A stretch of DNA of 64,000 bases from Octopus sinensis (lineage: Eukaryota): positions 131,812,001 through 131,876,000 of the forward strand of contig NC_043001.1 in the NCBI RefSeq assembly GCF_006345805.1, in the 5' to 3' direction. The translations under genes were made by a program, and so were the position numbers. Numbering within the stretch: the first letter of the stretch is position 1; each line of letters starts with the position of its first letter. Below the pieces are notes generated by a model. It did no database searches. It saw only the letters and a list, made by a program, of their open reading frames with translations, and was not told the DNA's origin. This document shows, piece after piece, positions 50,467 to 63,155 of this stretch.

Positions 50467-50892
50467 TGTATGTGTGTGCGTGTTTGTGTGTGTGTGTTTG
50501 TGTGTATGTGTGTGTGTGTGTGTGTGTGTTTTTGTGTGTGTGTGTGTATACATGATTAGATTAGTTCAGCTTGTCTACCAAATTACCAAATTCTTTCAGA
50601 ATGCATTGGTTAACCCAGGCTACAGTTCCCTTTCTTCCAGTACAGTAGCTTGGAGCCACTTCAAGTACCACATTACCATCTTTGCGATGATGAGGATGAG
50701 GAGATGAATGATGGACAAAGAAGGCAAACTTTTTGAACAAATGAAAATTAGAAGGAAAATACAGAATAAGCTGGAGTTGAAGGAAGAGCAAGCCATACAA
50801 GGAGGAAGCCATCTTCTGGGACAGCATGAAATTAACAGTTCTCCAAATAACCAACAATGAACAGGTGGAAATAACAAATGAATTAAAGAAGT

Positions 50893-51316
50893 GCCGGTGG
50901 CACGTAAGCGAACCATCCGAACGGGGCCGTTGCCAGCGCTGCCCCGACGGGCCTCTGTGCCGGTGGCATGTAAAAAGCACCATCCGATCATGGCCATTGC
51001 TAGCCTCGCCTGGCCCTTGTGCTAGTGGCATGTAAAAAGCACCATCCGATCATGGCCATTGCCAGCCTCGCCTGGCCCTTGTGCCAGTGGCACGTAAAAA
51101 GCACCATCCGACCGTGGCAGTTTGCCAGCCGCGTCTGGCACGTAAAAAGCACCCACTACACTCACAGAGTGGTTGGCGTTAGGAAGGGCATCCAGCCGTA
51201 GAAACATTGCCAGATCAGACTGGGCCTGGTGCAGCCTTCTGGCTTCCCAGACCACAGTTGAACCGTCCAACCCATGCTAGCATGGAAAGCGGATGCTAAA
51301 TGATGATAATGATGAT
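50893..51316 (+). mobile_element. SINE family E 3' part with ~60-bp internal tandem repeats and a (TGA)n tail. Second copy at 52058-52340 (-)
   Basis: GGTTGGCGTTAGGAAGGGCATCCAGCCGTAGAAAC motif, repeated GTAAAAAGCACCATCCGA, RTE-type tail. Confidence 0.8.
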
Positions 51317-51983
51317 GAGAACTATGTGCTAATGAAGGAAAGTTAAGGTGAAATCAAGAGAGTGGATGCAAGGGAGGCTAGCCTAATGACATTGATAGTT
51401 GTTAACTACCAAGAACCAATCTTTCATAAGCTGTAACAGTTACTGAAATGATGGTTCAAATGGATTTGGTAGATGACTTAATAGAGCTTAACCCTTTAAC
51501 ATTCAGATTACTCTGTCAAATGTAATGCTTATTTATTCACACTGTTTTGAATTAATCCAGTATTATCTTGTAGCTTTGAAATTTCAATGATGTGATTACA
51601 TATTTTTAGAATGGCATTGTAGGATAGGCGTGAAAGACTAGAACTGGCCAGTTTGAACATAAATCAAATAGAATATTTGGGCCAGTTATGGTTGGTTTAA
51701 ACGCAAAAGTGTTAAACAAGATCTGCTAAGATCTGAACTTCATGGTATTTTCAGCACTTGAAAGTTGCAAACGTTCCTGTCAATGCAGAAGTTAATTGTG
51801 ACATTTTACCTCTTTTTCCATCTTCTTAACAGTGTAATCACAGAGAGAAGGAATACATTATTATACATATATATAGTATGTGTGTCCATTTGCTGATATA
51901 TATATATATAGAGATATATATATATATATATAATATATATATATATAGTACGATATATATATATAGTATAATATATAGTATAA

Positions 51984-52025
<42 letters not shown>

Positions 52026-52348
52026 TAAATATGATATATAATATAGTATGATATATATCATCATCATCATCATCATCATCATCATTATCATCGTTTAACG
52101 TCCGTTTTCCGTGCTAGCACGGGTTGGACAGTTCGACCAGGGTCTGGGAAGCCAGGAGGCTGCACCAGGCTCCAGTCTGATCTGGCAGTGTTTCTACAGC
52201 TGGATGCCCTTCCTAACACCAACCACTCCGTGAGTGTAGTGGGTGCTTTTTATGTGCCACCCGCACAGAAGCCAGTCAAGGCGGCGCTGGCGGCAACCAC
52301 GTTCGGATGGTGCTTTGTACGTGCCACCGGCACAGGTATCAAAACTAC

Positions 52349-52381
<33 letters not shown>

Positions 52382-53059
52382 TATTACGGAGATGTACTTG
52401 CATAGCAAGTGATTTGATCTGAGATCGTGTGCTGAAACGAAAACAATTGCAGCGTGGAAGGTGTTTGTAAGCCATTTAAGAAACACAAAAGCCGTTCGAT
52501 TCACTTCAACATTTAAGTTTAATTTGTCAAAATATTTTCGTCGCTATAAAACCGCGACCTGTTCACTGACAAAAATCCGTGCTATATATATATATATTAT
52601 GTATGTCAGGGCAGAACCTTGCCTGACTCCTTTTGCTGGTAGGTCACAGACTTTTTGTCTCACAACAGCTATATGGGACATCGTTTCTGTGTGGAATTGG
52701 TAGAGTAGTTTCACAAACTTGGGCCAGCAATCAAACTTCCTGAGAACATCCCATAGAAGTTCCTTGTTTGTTTCAACTGAAAACCCTTGACAGACCACTC
52801 ACTCTCTCACTCTTTCTCTCTTTCTTTCTGCCTCTTGCCCTCTGTCTGTCTTTATAAGCACAGAGAATGATATACATATCCGAATGAGAAAGAGAGTACA
52901 AGAATGCACATACAAATACATCTATGCTTTTTATTTTTAATATTTAATGTTTATTTATTTTTGTTTCTCTATGAAAATACAATAACACAAACACACATAC
53001 ATATGTATACATTTATGCACACACATGTATACACACATGCACACACAACACACACACAC

Positions 53060-54830
53060 ACATGCACTCAACTGCCATGTATCAGACCCCCACATACTCA
53101 TACATCCATCATACAGAACACACAATACACAATACACACACACACACACACGCACCACACACGCGCGCACACACAAAAACAAACACAAACACACACACTC
53201 AACTGCATGTATCAGACTCCCACATACTCATACATCCATCACACACCACACAATACACATACACACACACACAGACCACACACAAACACACACCACAATC
53301 TAACTGGCATGTATCACCTCCACATACTCATACACCATCACACAAGACACACCAATACACAATACACACCCACACAACTACACACACCACACACACGCAC
53401 ACGCACACACAAATGCGATGCACAACACACACACAAACACATACACACACACTCAACTGGCATGTATCAGACTCCCACATACTCATACATCCATCACACA
53501 GACCACACAATACACAATACACACACACACACACACACATGCACACACACACGCGCACACACACTCACACACACACACACACACACACACACAACACAAA
53601 CACATACACACACACTCAACTGCCATGTATCAGACTCCCACATACTCATACATCCATCACACACACCACACAATACACAATACACACACACACAGACACA
53701 CACAAACACACACACACACTCAACTGGCATGTATCAGACTCCCACATACTCATACATCCATCACACAGACCACACAATACACAATACACACACACACACA
53801 CACACATGCACACACACCGCGCACACACACTCACACACACACACACCACACACAACACACACCACACAAACCATACACACACACTCAACTGCCATGTATC
53901 AGACTCCCACATACTCATACATCCATCACACACACCACAAATACACAATACACACACACACACACACAAACATGCCACACACACACGCGCACACCCACTC
54001 CACAACAACACACACACACACACACACACACAACACACACACACACACTCAACTGCCATGTATCAGACTCCCACATACTCATACATCCATTCACAACACC
54101 ACACAATACACAATACACACACACACAGGACACACACAAACACACACACACACTCAACTGGCATGTATCACACTCCACATACTCATACACCATCACACAG
54201 CACCACACAATACACAATACACACACACACACATACACACACACACACGCACACGCACACACACATGCGCGACACACACACACACCAAACACCACAAAAC
54301 ATACACACACACTCAACTGCCATGTATCAGACTCCCACATACTCATACATCCATCACACACACCACACAATACACAATACACACACACACACACCACACA
54401 CACACTCAACTGCCATGTATCAGACTCCCACATACTCATACATCCATCACACACACCACACAATACACAATAACACACACCACAACACAGACACACACAA
54501 CACACACACACACACTCAACTGGTATGTATCAGACTCCCACATACTCATACATCCCCACACAGACCACACAATACACAATACACACACACACACACACAC
54601 ACAATGCCACACACACACGCGCACACACACTCCACACCACACACCACACACACACACACAACACACACACACACACACACTCAACTGGCATGTATCAGAC
54701 TCCCACATACTCATACATCCATCACACACACCACACAATACACAATACACACACACACACACACACTCAACTGCCATGTATCAGACTCCCAAATACTCAT
54801 ACATCCATCACCCAGACCACACAATACACA
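53060..54830 (+). repeat. Compound minisatellite: 14 copies of a ~45-nt core separated by variable (CA)n
   Basis: Core CTCAACTG(C/G)CATGTATCAGACTCCCACATACTCATACATCCATCAC, counted by eye. Confidence 0.95.
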
Positions 54831-57542
54831 CCACAAACACACACACACACACACATACACACACATTGACACACACAACACACAGAGAAGCAAACAAACA
54901 AATTAATAAACAAACAATAATAATTTCAAATCAGCATTTAATTCATTTATAGAATATGTTCATCTAAACCCTCATTTTATTAATTGTTAAATGTATTGTT
55001 TTGGTTGTCACAAATCACTAAATCATATCGTAAGTTACTCCATCCCAAGAATGAGAAGTCAATTGCCATTTATTGTTCCATAGTTAGTTCATTGAAAATT
55101 TGTAGTTTCATAATTCTAGCTCCAGGGCAAAATTTGAAAATTTGAAAAGTTAATTTGTTATTTCTTTTCCCTTTTTTTATTTTTTTTATAATTTTGCATT
55201 CTTTTGTCTACCTTTTTTTTTTTAGTCAACCTTCCCTTGTGCCTGTGAATTAGATTCTTCTTTAACTTGTTTTTTGATTTGAAAAAAAAAAAAAAATTCT
55301 CTCCTTTGCATCTTCTCTTTATTTCTTTCTACCTTTATCTTTTTCTCTTTGTCTCTCTCTCTCCCTCTCTGTCCATCTGTGTCTCTCTCTCTCTCTCTCT
55401 CAGTCTCTGCGTTTCTTTTTCTCTGGCTCTTCTTTTTTTCCCCACCCCTTTATCCCCCTTCTTGTTCTCTTTCTGCACATGTCTTTCATTCCGTCCGTTA
55501 ATCTTGCACCATCATTTATCTGCTTCTTCATTGTCTTTCTATTCCTCCTCCTCTCCTCCTCCTCCTCCTCCTCTCCTCTTCCTCTTCTTCTTCTTCTTCT
55601 TCTTCTCTCTCTCTCTCCCTTCCCTACTACATCTCTCATTTTCTTTCTTTCTCTCCCTCTCTATTCGTCTCATTTCCCCCTCTCACTCCTCTCTTTCTCA
55701 TCTTCCTCTCTCTTTCACCTCCTCTCTCTCTCTCCCTCATCCCCTCTCTCTCAGCCCCTCCTCCCCCCTCGCACCCCTCCTCCTCTCTCAATTTACTTTC
55801 TTGAAAACAATTTCTTTCTGAATACCAATTCACTGACATGGATATGAAAAATAAATGACTAAAGATTGCCCTGGGGCATTTATATAAACTTAACTTCTTT
55901 GGAAATTTACTGATATTTTTGTTTTTCAATTTACCATTCCTTTTGTTGTTGTTGTTGTCATTAATGTAGAAATTTTCTGCTCGTTTTTTTTTTTTTGTTT
56001 TCTTAGAATCAGTTTTATAATTATTACATTTTTTTGTTATAATTTTTATGAGAAATTATAATTAGGCAGCAGAGATTAGGATAGAGAAGGAGATAGAGAG
56101 AAACAGTATGATGTAGAGAGGGAAAGAGAGAGAGAGGGGGGGAGAGATAGAAAGAGGGAGAGAGAGAGAGAGGAAAAGGCAGAGAGTGAGTAGTAGGAAG
56201 AAAAAAGAAGAAACATGTTAACAATTACTGTTGAGGGTAGATTAAAAATTATGAAAAAAATAATGGTCAAAATAAGAAAAAAGAAAGAAAGGAAAAAGGA
56301 AAGAAAGAAAGAAGGAAAGAAAAAAAGAAACTATAAAGTTTGATAATGATGCTACCAAGAGTTATGAAATGAGATTGGTTAGTTTGTTAAAAATGACAAT
56401 AATATTGCAATTTAAATCTTGATGTGAAACAGAGTAAAGAACATCCGTCTATATTGTGGAAAATTAGTAAATAGACAAACAAGCAAATAAATACAATAAA
56501 TAAATTTCATTTTTTTTTTCACGACAAAAATTTTGAAAAAAAATACAAAATAATTTATCAAGAAAAAAAAAAAGGAAAAAAAAAGGAAATTTTTACATTC
56601 GTTATTTGATATCATTTTTCTCCCTTATCATAACTAGTTGATTATGAGTTTTGCATGATTAGTTATTTGAGACTTGTTAGTATTTAGTGCTATGACAGCA
56701 AACATTTAAACACCCACTAATGATGACTATAAAGTCTTCGGAGCCTAGCTTATACTACAAAAAAAATTTCAAATTACCTCCAAAAACAAAAAATAAATAA
56801 ATACAATGAAAGGAAAAATGAAATAATTCGCCTTAAAAAATACCAGTTGAACCTCACTAATATGGCATTTGCTCATCAGGCAGCTTCGTTAATTTAGGAT
56901 GAGGATTAAAATCTGTTCTTCGTTATTAGATTGTATGATTACTGTTTGGTCCAATTTGGTGCTACTGGTGCCCCATGACATGCTCAGCGTAGTTGATTCT
57001 GCTACAGATATTTGTGTGTTTTTTTATCTTTTACTAGTTGTTTCAGTTGTTGTACTGTGGCCATACTGGAGCACTGCCCTGAAATAGTCAAATAGATTGG
57101 CCTCAATACATATTTTTAGTTTGGTATTTATTGGTGTTTATTCTATTGGTCCCTTTTGCTGAACTGCTAAATTATGGGGGCATACACACACATGCACACA
57201 CAAAAATACATACACTCACAAGCAAACACACACACACATACACACACAAAAATACACACACTCGCAAGTAAACACCCACACACATACACACATGCACACA
57301 CAACAGATTTCTATACAACTTCCATCAACTAAATTCGTTCACAAGGCATCAGTTGGCCCGAGGGGCTGTAGTAGAAAACACTTGCCTAAGGTACCATGCA
57401 GTGGAACTGAACTTGAAATCACATGGTCACAAAGCAAGCTTCTTAACCATAAACTCATGTCTGTCCTTTAATTATAACTTACATTCATTGCTTGTTCTGA
57501 GAGACAAACAATGAATGCAAATATTGACAGGTTACACAAGGT

Positions 57543-58020
57543 CATCATCATCAAGATCCCTCAACTGATGTAGCCAGTCTTTGGGATGACACTAGACATT
57601 TTCATTGTCAGCCGTCACCACTGGTCTCTGTTCTTTGTCAGGCATAGCAGGTTTTCTGTACTGTAACCTGTTGAGTCCTTGATGTTGTCAAACCAGGATT
57701 TCTTTGTTTACCTATCTTTTGCCTTCCCTCAACTGTGCCCTGAAGAATGGTTTGGGGCAGGGAGTTGTGGAAGGATACATGACCATAACACGCAAGCTTC
57801 CGTCATTTTACCTGCACAAGGAGTGCTTCCTGTCTGCCTGTATATTTGTTGACATGCTGCCTTTTCATTTTGTGCTCTGTGTATGGGGTGTGTAATAGCT
57901 TTCTCAGGCACTTGTACTCAAATACCTGGATTCTTTCTTCCATGTCAGCTGTAAGAAACCAGCTCTCACAAAATAAATCAATACAGAAAACATGGAGCAA
58001 ACAACGATGGTTTAAGGCTA
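57543..58020 (-). mobile_element. RTE-clade LINE 3' remnant
   Basis: FCESWFLTADMEERIQVFEYKCLRKLLHTPYTEHK.....GRQEALL, further RTE C-terminal relics and a (TGA)n tail. Confidence 0.85.
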
Positions 58021-58266
58021 TCAGATGACCAGGAAGTTAAGAAACAACAAGACAGGAAAGTAATAAAAATTTCTAGGCATGGATGAGTGGTTAAGAAACT
58101 TGCTTTTCAGTCACATGGTTTTTAGGTTCAGTCCCACTGTGCAGCATCTTGGGCAGGTTTTTCTACAATTGTCTTGGGCTGATCAATGCTTTATTAGTGG
58201 ATTTGATAAACAGAAACTGTGTGGTAGGCTACACACCATCATCATCGTTGTTTAATATCCACCTTC

Positions 58267-58342
<76 letters not shown>

Positions 58343-58363
58343 CTCTTTTCTCTCCTCTCTCTT

Positions 58364-58464
<101 letters not shown>

Positions 58465-58551
58465 TATTAGAGACAAAACCACTATTTTGCAAAACAAACA
58501 AGGAAAGACTTAATCAATACATAAAATTTTAATAAATAGTCAAAAAAACCG

Positions 58552-58594
58552 CCACTACAATTGTTTCTTGTCTTGATCGACAATCTTCAGGTGG
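58552..58594 (-). ncRNA. Mirror copy of the type I hammerhead motif in the left arm
   Basis: Exact reverse complement of 61076-61118. Confidence 0.75.
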
Positions 58595-58629
58595 ACTTCC
58601 AATAAGTCAGTTTCAATTATGAAGTGAAA

Positions 58630-58906
58630 TTAAATTCTGTTCTTGGGAATGTAACAAAACTATTTTCATCCCAAGAACCACCATCACAAAATGCTTGCAT
58701 AATAGAAACAACACCTGCTGAAGGCAAAGGTTTTGCTGCATAGAAACTTGCTTTCCATGGATGAGCTGGCTGTTTTCTTCGAATTAAGATCAAGATGACA
58801 ACAACACTAAAGGAATAAATTGTTCAAACAGCAGAACCAACGGTGAACGCTTCTTCAGAGTAAAGTTTTTCCAAAGTAGCAAACGAAGTTGATGTAAAAA
58901 GCCCAT
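58630..58906 (-). pseudogene. ABCA2: Mirror copy of the ABCA2-like fragment in the left palindrome arm, frameshifted
   Basis: Reverse complement of 60761-61039. ATG at 58906. A 1-nt deletion near 58800 (GACAACAACAC vs GACAAACAACAC) gives [38 protein letters not shown]. Confidence 0.85.
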
Positions 58907-60760
58907 ACTGATGCAAATATGGTTAGCTTGCTCAATAAGAGAAAGGACACGACTGGCTTAGTTCGATATGAAATAGAAGAATATTGTTATGCTACAAGAA
59001 GGCTGGCTGAGAATACTGAAGAGGAGAAAACGGTAGATAACGTCACAACCAGTGATAATAATGAGACCAGGTGTTCCATTCTTAGAGCAGTCATGTATCC
59101 TTAAGGCAAAAGGAGGATATAAATAAAGTGAGGTACAGTGCAAAAATTTTAGTGATTACAGGTGTAACTAGTTTCGGAGTAAAATCCGAATCTTGTAATC
59201 CTTCGTGATAAGTGCGCAACTGGATACTTCTATAAAACAGAGGATAGCAAATGTCTAAGATAATAGTCCAAAAAATAACAAGTTTTCCTATTACATTTAG
59301 TTAGTCATATAGTTACATTAACTATATTTTGGTTCCTTTCTTCCTGTGTATTCGTGAAATTGGATGAAAATTTACGAAGTAAATGAATTTTATACAAGCA
59401 GGAAAAAATCGTGAAGAACACTGTTTTTATATGAAGCCTTCTCAAACATATACTCGGAAGGAAATTGTTGCTGATGTGATCAATAAAGAAGCTAGTTTCG
59501 GGATAAATAAATGACACAACAACCACAATAAATAATAGTGAGGATTTAAGGGAAAAGAAATGAATGTTGGGGTTTCATTTAAGCTGTGGAATAGTCACTT
59601 CCCATGCCAAGATAGTTCTTCCATCTCTATGTTAAAATACTCCATACATTTGAACACTTGTTCACAGATATTTGACTGCAACTTCGATACTATATAATGC
59701 AATACAAGAGAGATTTATCTTGTTTGGACTTTCTGTCTACTTAGAGCAGGCGACGGTCAGTCAGCAATTTCAGTCGCCTACTCGTTCAGTTGTTAACAGA
59801 TTATTGCACAACACACACCGCACCATCATAGAAGGTGAATTGATGGTGCGGTGTGTGTTGTGCAATAATCTGTTAACAACTGAACGAGTAGGCGACTGAA
59901 ATTGCTGACTGACCGTCGCCTGCTCTAAGTAGACAGAAAGTCCAAACAAGATAAATCTCTCTTGTATTGCATTATATAGTATCGAAGTTGCAGTCAAATA
60001 TCTGTGAACAAGTGTTCAAATGTATGGAGTATTTTAACATAGAGATGGAAGAACTATCTTGGCATGGGAAGTGACTATTCCACAGCTTAAATGAAACCCC
60101 AACATTCATTTCTTTTCCCTTAAATCCTCACTATTATTTATTGTGGTTGTTGTGTCATTTATTTATCCCGAAACTAGCTTCTTTATTGATCACATCAGCA
60201 ACAATTTCCTTCCGAGTATATGTTTGAGAAGGCTTCATATAAAAACAGTGTTCTTCACGATTTTTTCCTGCTTGTATAAAATTCATTTACTTCGTAAATT
60301 TTCATCCAATTTCACGAATACAGGAAGAAAGGAACCAAAATATAGTTAATGTAACTATATGACTAACTAAATGTAATAGGAAAACTTGTTATTTTTTGGA
60401 CTATTATCTTAGACATTTGCTATCCTCTGTTTTATAGAAGTATCCAGTTGCGCACTTATCACGAAGGATTACAAGATTCAGATTTTACTCCGAAACTAGT
60501 TACACCTGTAATCGCTAAAATTTTTGCACTGTACCTCACTTTATTTATATCCTCCTTTTGCCTTAAGGATACATGACTGCTCTAAGAATGGAACACCTGG
60601 TCTCATTATTATCACTGGTTGTGACGTTATCTACCGTTTTCTCCTCTTCAGTATTCTCAGCCAGCCTTCTTGTAGCATAACAATATTCTTCTATTTCATA
60701 TCGAACTAAGCCAGTCGTGTCCTTTCTCTTATTGAGCAAGCTAACCATATTTGCATCAGT

Positions 60761-61039
60761 ATGGGCTTTTTACATCAACTTCGTTTGCTACTTTGGAAAA
60801 ACTTTACTCTGAAGAAGCGTTCACCGTTGGTTCTGCTGTTTGAACAATTTATTCCTTTAGTGTTGTTTGTCATCTTGATCTTAATTCGAAGAAAACAGCC
60901 AGCTCATCCATGGAAAGCAAGTTTCTATGCAGCAAAACCTTTGCCTTCAGCAGGTGTTGTTTCTATTATGCAAGCATTTTGTGATGGTGGTTCTTGGGAT
61001 GAAAATAGTTTTGTTACATTCCCAAAGAACAGAATTTAA
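60761..61039 (+). pseudogene. ABCA2: N-terminal fragment (92 codons, intronless, truncated) of an ABCA2-like ATP-binding cassette transporter
   Basis: [92 protein letters not shown] aligns without gaps to the recalled ABCA2 N-terminus ([37 protein letters not shown].SAG...MQ..C.DG..DE.GF). The reading frame stops at TAA, no convincing GT donor follows, and no further ABCA exons are seen in the window. Confidence 0.85.
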
Positions 61040-61287
61040 TTTCACTTCATAATTTGAAACTGACTTATTGGAAGTCCACCTGAAGATTGTCGATCAAGAC
61101 AAGAAACAATTGTAGTGGCGGTTTTTTTGACTATTTATTAAAATTTTATGTATTGATTAAGTCTTTCCTTGTTTGTTTTGCAAAATAGTGGTTTTGTCTC
61201 TAATAATATTTTATAATATTTTACTATAAAATTGGATTTAATCCTAAATCTGATTTTTTTCCCTGTAAATTTGGATTTATTCCCTAA
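61033..61287 (+). mobile_element. Probable PLE terminal-repeat (pLTR)-like tail fused to the ABCA2 fragment
   Basis: Begins where ABCA2 similarity ends, contains the hammerhead, is AT-rich and ends at a (TA)n tract. The left-arm copy (58455-58637) is about 70 nt shorter. PLE identity is inferred from the ribozyme type. Confidence 0.5.
61076..61118 (+). ncRNA. Type I minimal hammerhead ribozyme motif (PLE terminal-repeat type)
   Basis: CCAC-CTGAAGA-TTGTC(GATCAA)GACAA-GAA-ACAATTGT-A-GTGG. Stem I CCAC/GTGG, core CUGANGA/GAAA, 5-bp stem II, palindromic stem III, predicted cleavage after GUA (61114). Confidence 0.75.
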
Positions 61288-61294
61288 TATTTAT

Positions 61295-61375
<81 letters not shown>

Positions 61376-61590
61376 TCATACACACACACACACATATATA
61401 CACATATAGATATAGACTTATATACATATATATGTATGTATGTGTCTTTGTGCTTGAGCTTGCCCCCTGCTATTGCTTGACAACAGGTATTAGTTTGTTT
61501 AAATGTCTCGTAATAGGTCTGGGCCAATCAAAGACTCATGAGTAGAAAGAAACTGAAAAAAGCCTGCTGTATATATATATATATATATAT

Positions 61591-61683
<93 letters not shown>

Positions 61684-61732
61684 GATATTTAAAATTATAA
61701 TTTAGGGTATCTAAGAGATACCACCAGGCTGG

Positions 61733-61839
61733 AAATAGCAGTCAAAACTTGATTCTAAAACCACATTAAATGTTCATACAGCACCAGGTGCTGTATGAAC
61801 ATTTAATGTAGTATTAGAATCAAGTTTTGACTGCTATTT
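61733..61839. repeat. 107-bp near-perfect palindrome (53-bp arms, 1-nt centre at 61786)
   Basis: AAATAGCAGTC...ACAGCACC-A-GGTGCTGT...GACTGCTATTT with 2 mismatches. Confidence 0.95.
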
Positions 61840-62729
61840 TAAATAATTATTACCTTTGAAGGTTTTTATTCCCATGCTGGCCACCTGAGAATATCGGTAT
61901 TTAAATATCAATCTTATCCTTATTTGTATAAATTTATATATATATATTTATATATATATATATATATATATATGGTGTTTGTATCCCCATCACTGCTTGA
62001 CAACTGGTGTTGTTTTGTTTATGTCCCCATGACTTATAAATTCAGCTTAGGACACTGATCGACTTAAGAAAAAATAAGTACTGAGGTCAATTCATTTGAC
62101 TAAAACCCTTCGAGGCAGTGCCCCCAATATGGCTGCAGTTTTACGACTGAAATTGCATCATGTTCTAGTCTCTGCTTTGGCATGTTTTCTATAGCTGGGT
62201 GCTCTTTCTAATGCCTACCACTTCATATCATGTACTGGGTGCATTTTTATGGTACCAGTTCTATTGAGACTGTCAGGGAGTTTGCATGACTAAGAAACCC
62301 AAGGGGGGCAACCCTATGCTAGGAATAAAAAAAGAGAAGCCAAAACAGAACCTGTTTCTACTTTTTTTTTTTTTTTTTTTCGCTGTCGAGGTGCTGTGTA
62401 ACTATTCACCTTTTAGAAGAGAGGGTTGGAATGATTGAATGAAACAAGAGAGCAATAAGTGATGACTGACAGTGCTGAGCATCAGAAGAATAAGGATGAA
62501 ACAGTAGACAGAAGGATGAGAGCTGGATAATGTTGCACAGGTTGCACATGTAATGGAGAAGAGAGAGAGAGAGAATATAATACATGAGGAGAGTGAAAGA
62601 TATATGGTGATGGAGGAGGATAGTTGTTGACTCAGTGGTGTGGGCGATCAATGAATGTGTAGATGGAAAGAACAGTGTTAATGGATAAAGGGTGGATGAC
62701 AAGTGAAATGGTTCTGGGCAATAATTAAT

Positions 62730-63155
62730 GCACCCTTTTAAAGCCTAGCCAGGCTCATGGGCCCGGTTTCCTGGTTTCTATGGTGTATGTGTTCCTCAAC
62801 TGGACGGGATGCCAGTCCATTGCAGTATTACTCATTTTTGCCAGCTGAGTGGACTGGAGCAACATGAAATGAAGTGTTTTGCTCAAGAACACAACACGTC
62901 GCCCAGTCCAGGAATTGAAACCACAATCTTACGATCATGGTACTGACACCCTAACCACTAAGCCATGTGCCTCCACAGTTAATGCACCCTTTTAAAGCCT
63001 AGCCAGGCTCATTTTTAGCAGCTGAGTGGACTGGAGCAACATGAAATGAAGTGTTTTGCTCAAGAACACAACACGTCGCCCGGTCCAGGAATTGAAACCA
63101 CAATCTTACGATCATGGTACTGACACCCTAACCACTAAGCCATGTGCCTCCACAG
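62730..63155 (-). mobile_element. SINE family D with a local tandem duplication (62978-63155). Related copy at 27560-27865 (+)
   Basis: tRNA-like head and the domain CTTGAGCAAAACACTTCATTTCATGTTGCTCCAGTCCACTCAGCT. Confidence 0.8.

Noticed and set aside
53060-54830. CRISPR-like array (constant core plus variable spacers)
   Set aside because: The spacers are (CA)n variants rather than unique sequences, the context is eukaryotic and there are no cas genes.
52904-54952. 682-aa His/Thr-rich ORF and overlapping long ORFs
   Set aside because: They are translations of the (CA)n-rich minisatellite, open in several frames on both strands.
59829-59840. Palindrome spacer as a leftover sequencing adapter
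   Set aside because: TAGAAGGTGAAT does not resemble the SMRTbell hairpin or the Nextera junction as I recall them. This does not exclude an adapter-free fold-back chimera.
58919-60748. Paired identical 61-75 aa ORFs on opposite strands
   Set aside because: They are chance ORFs in UTR-like sequence, duplicated by the palindrome symmetry.
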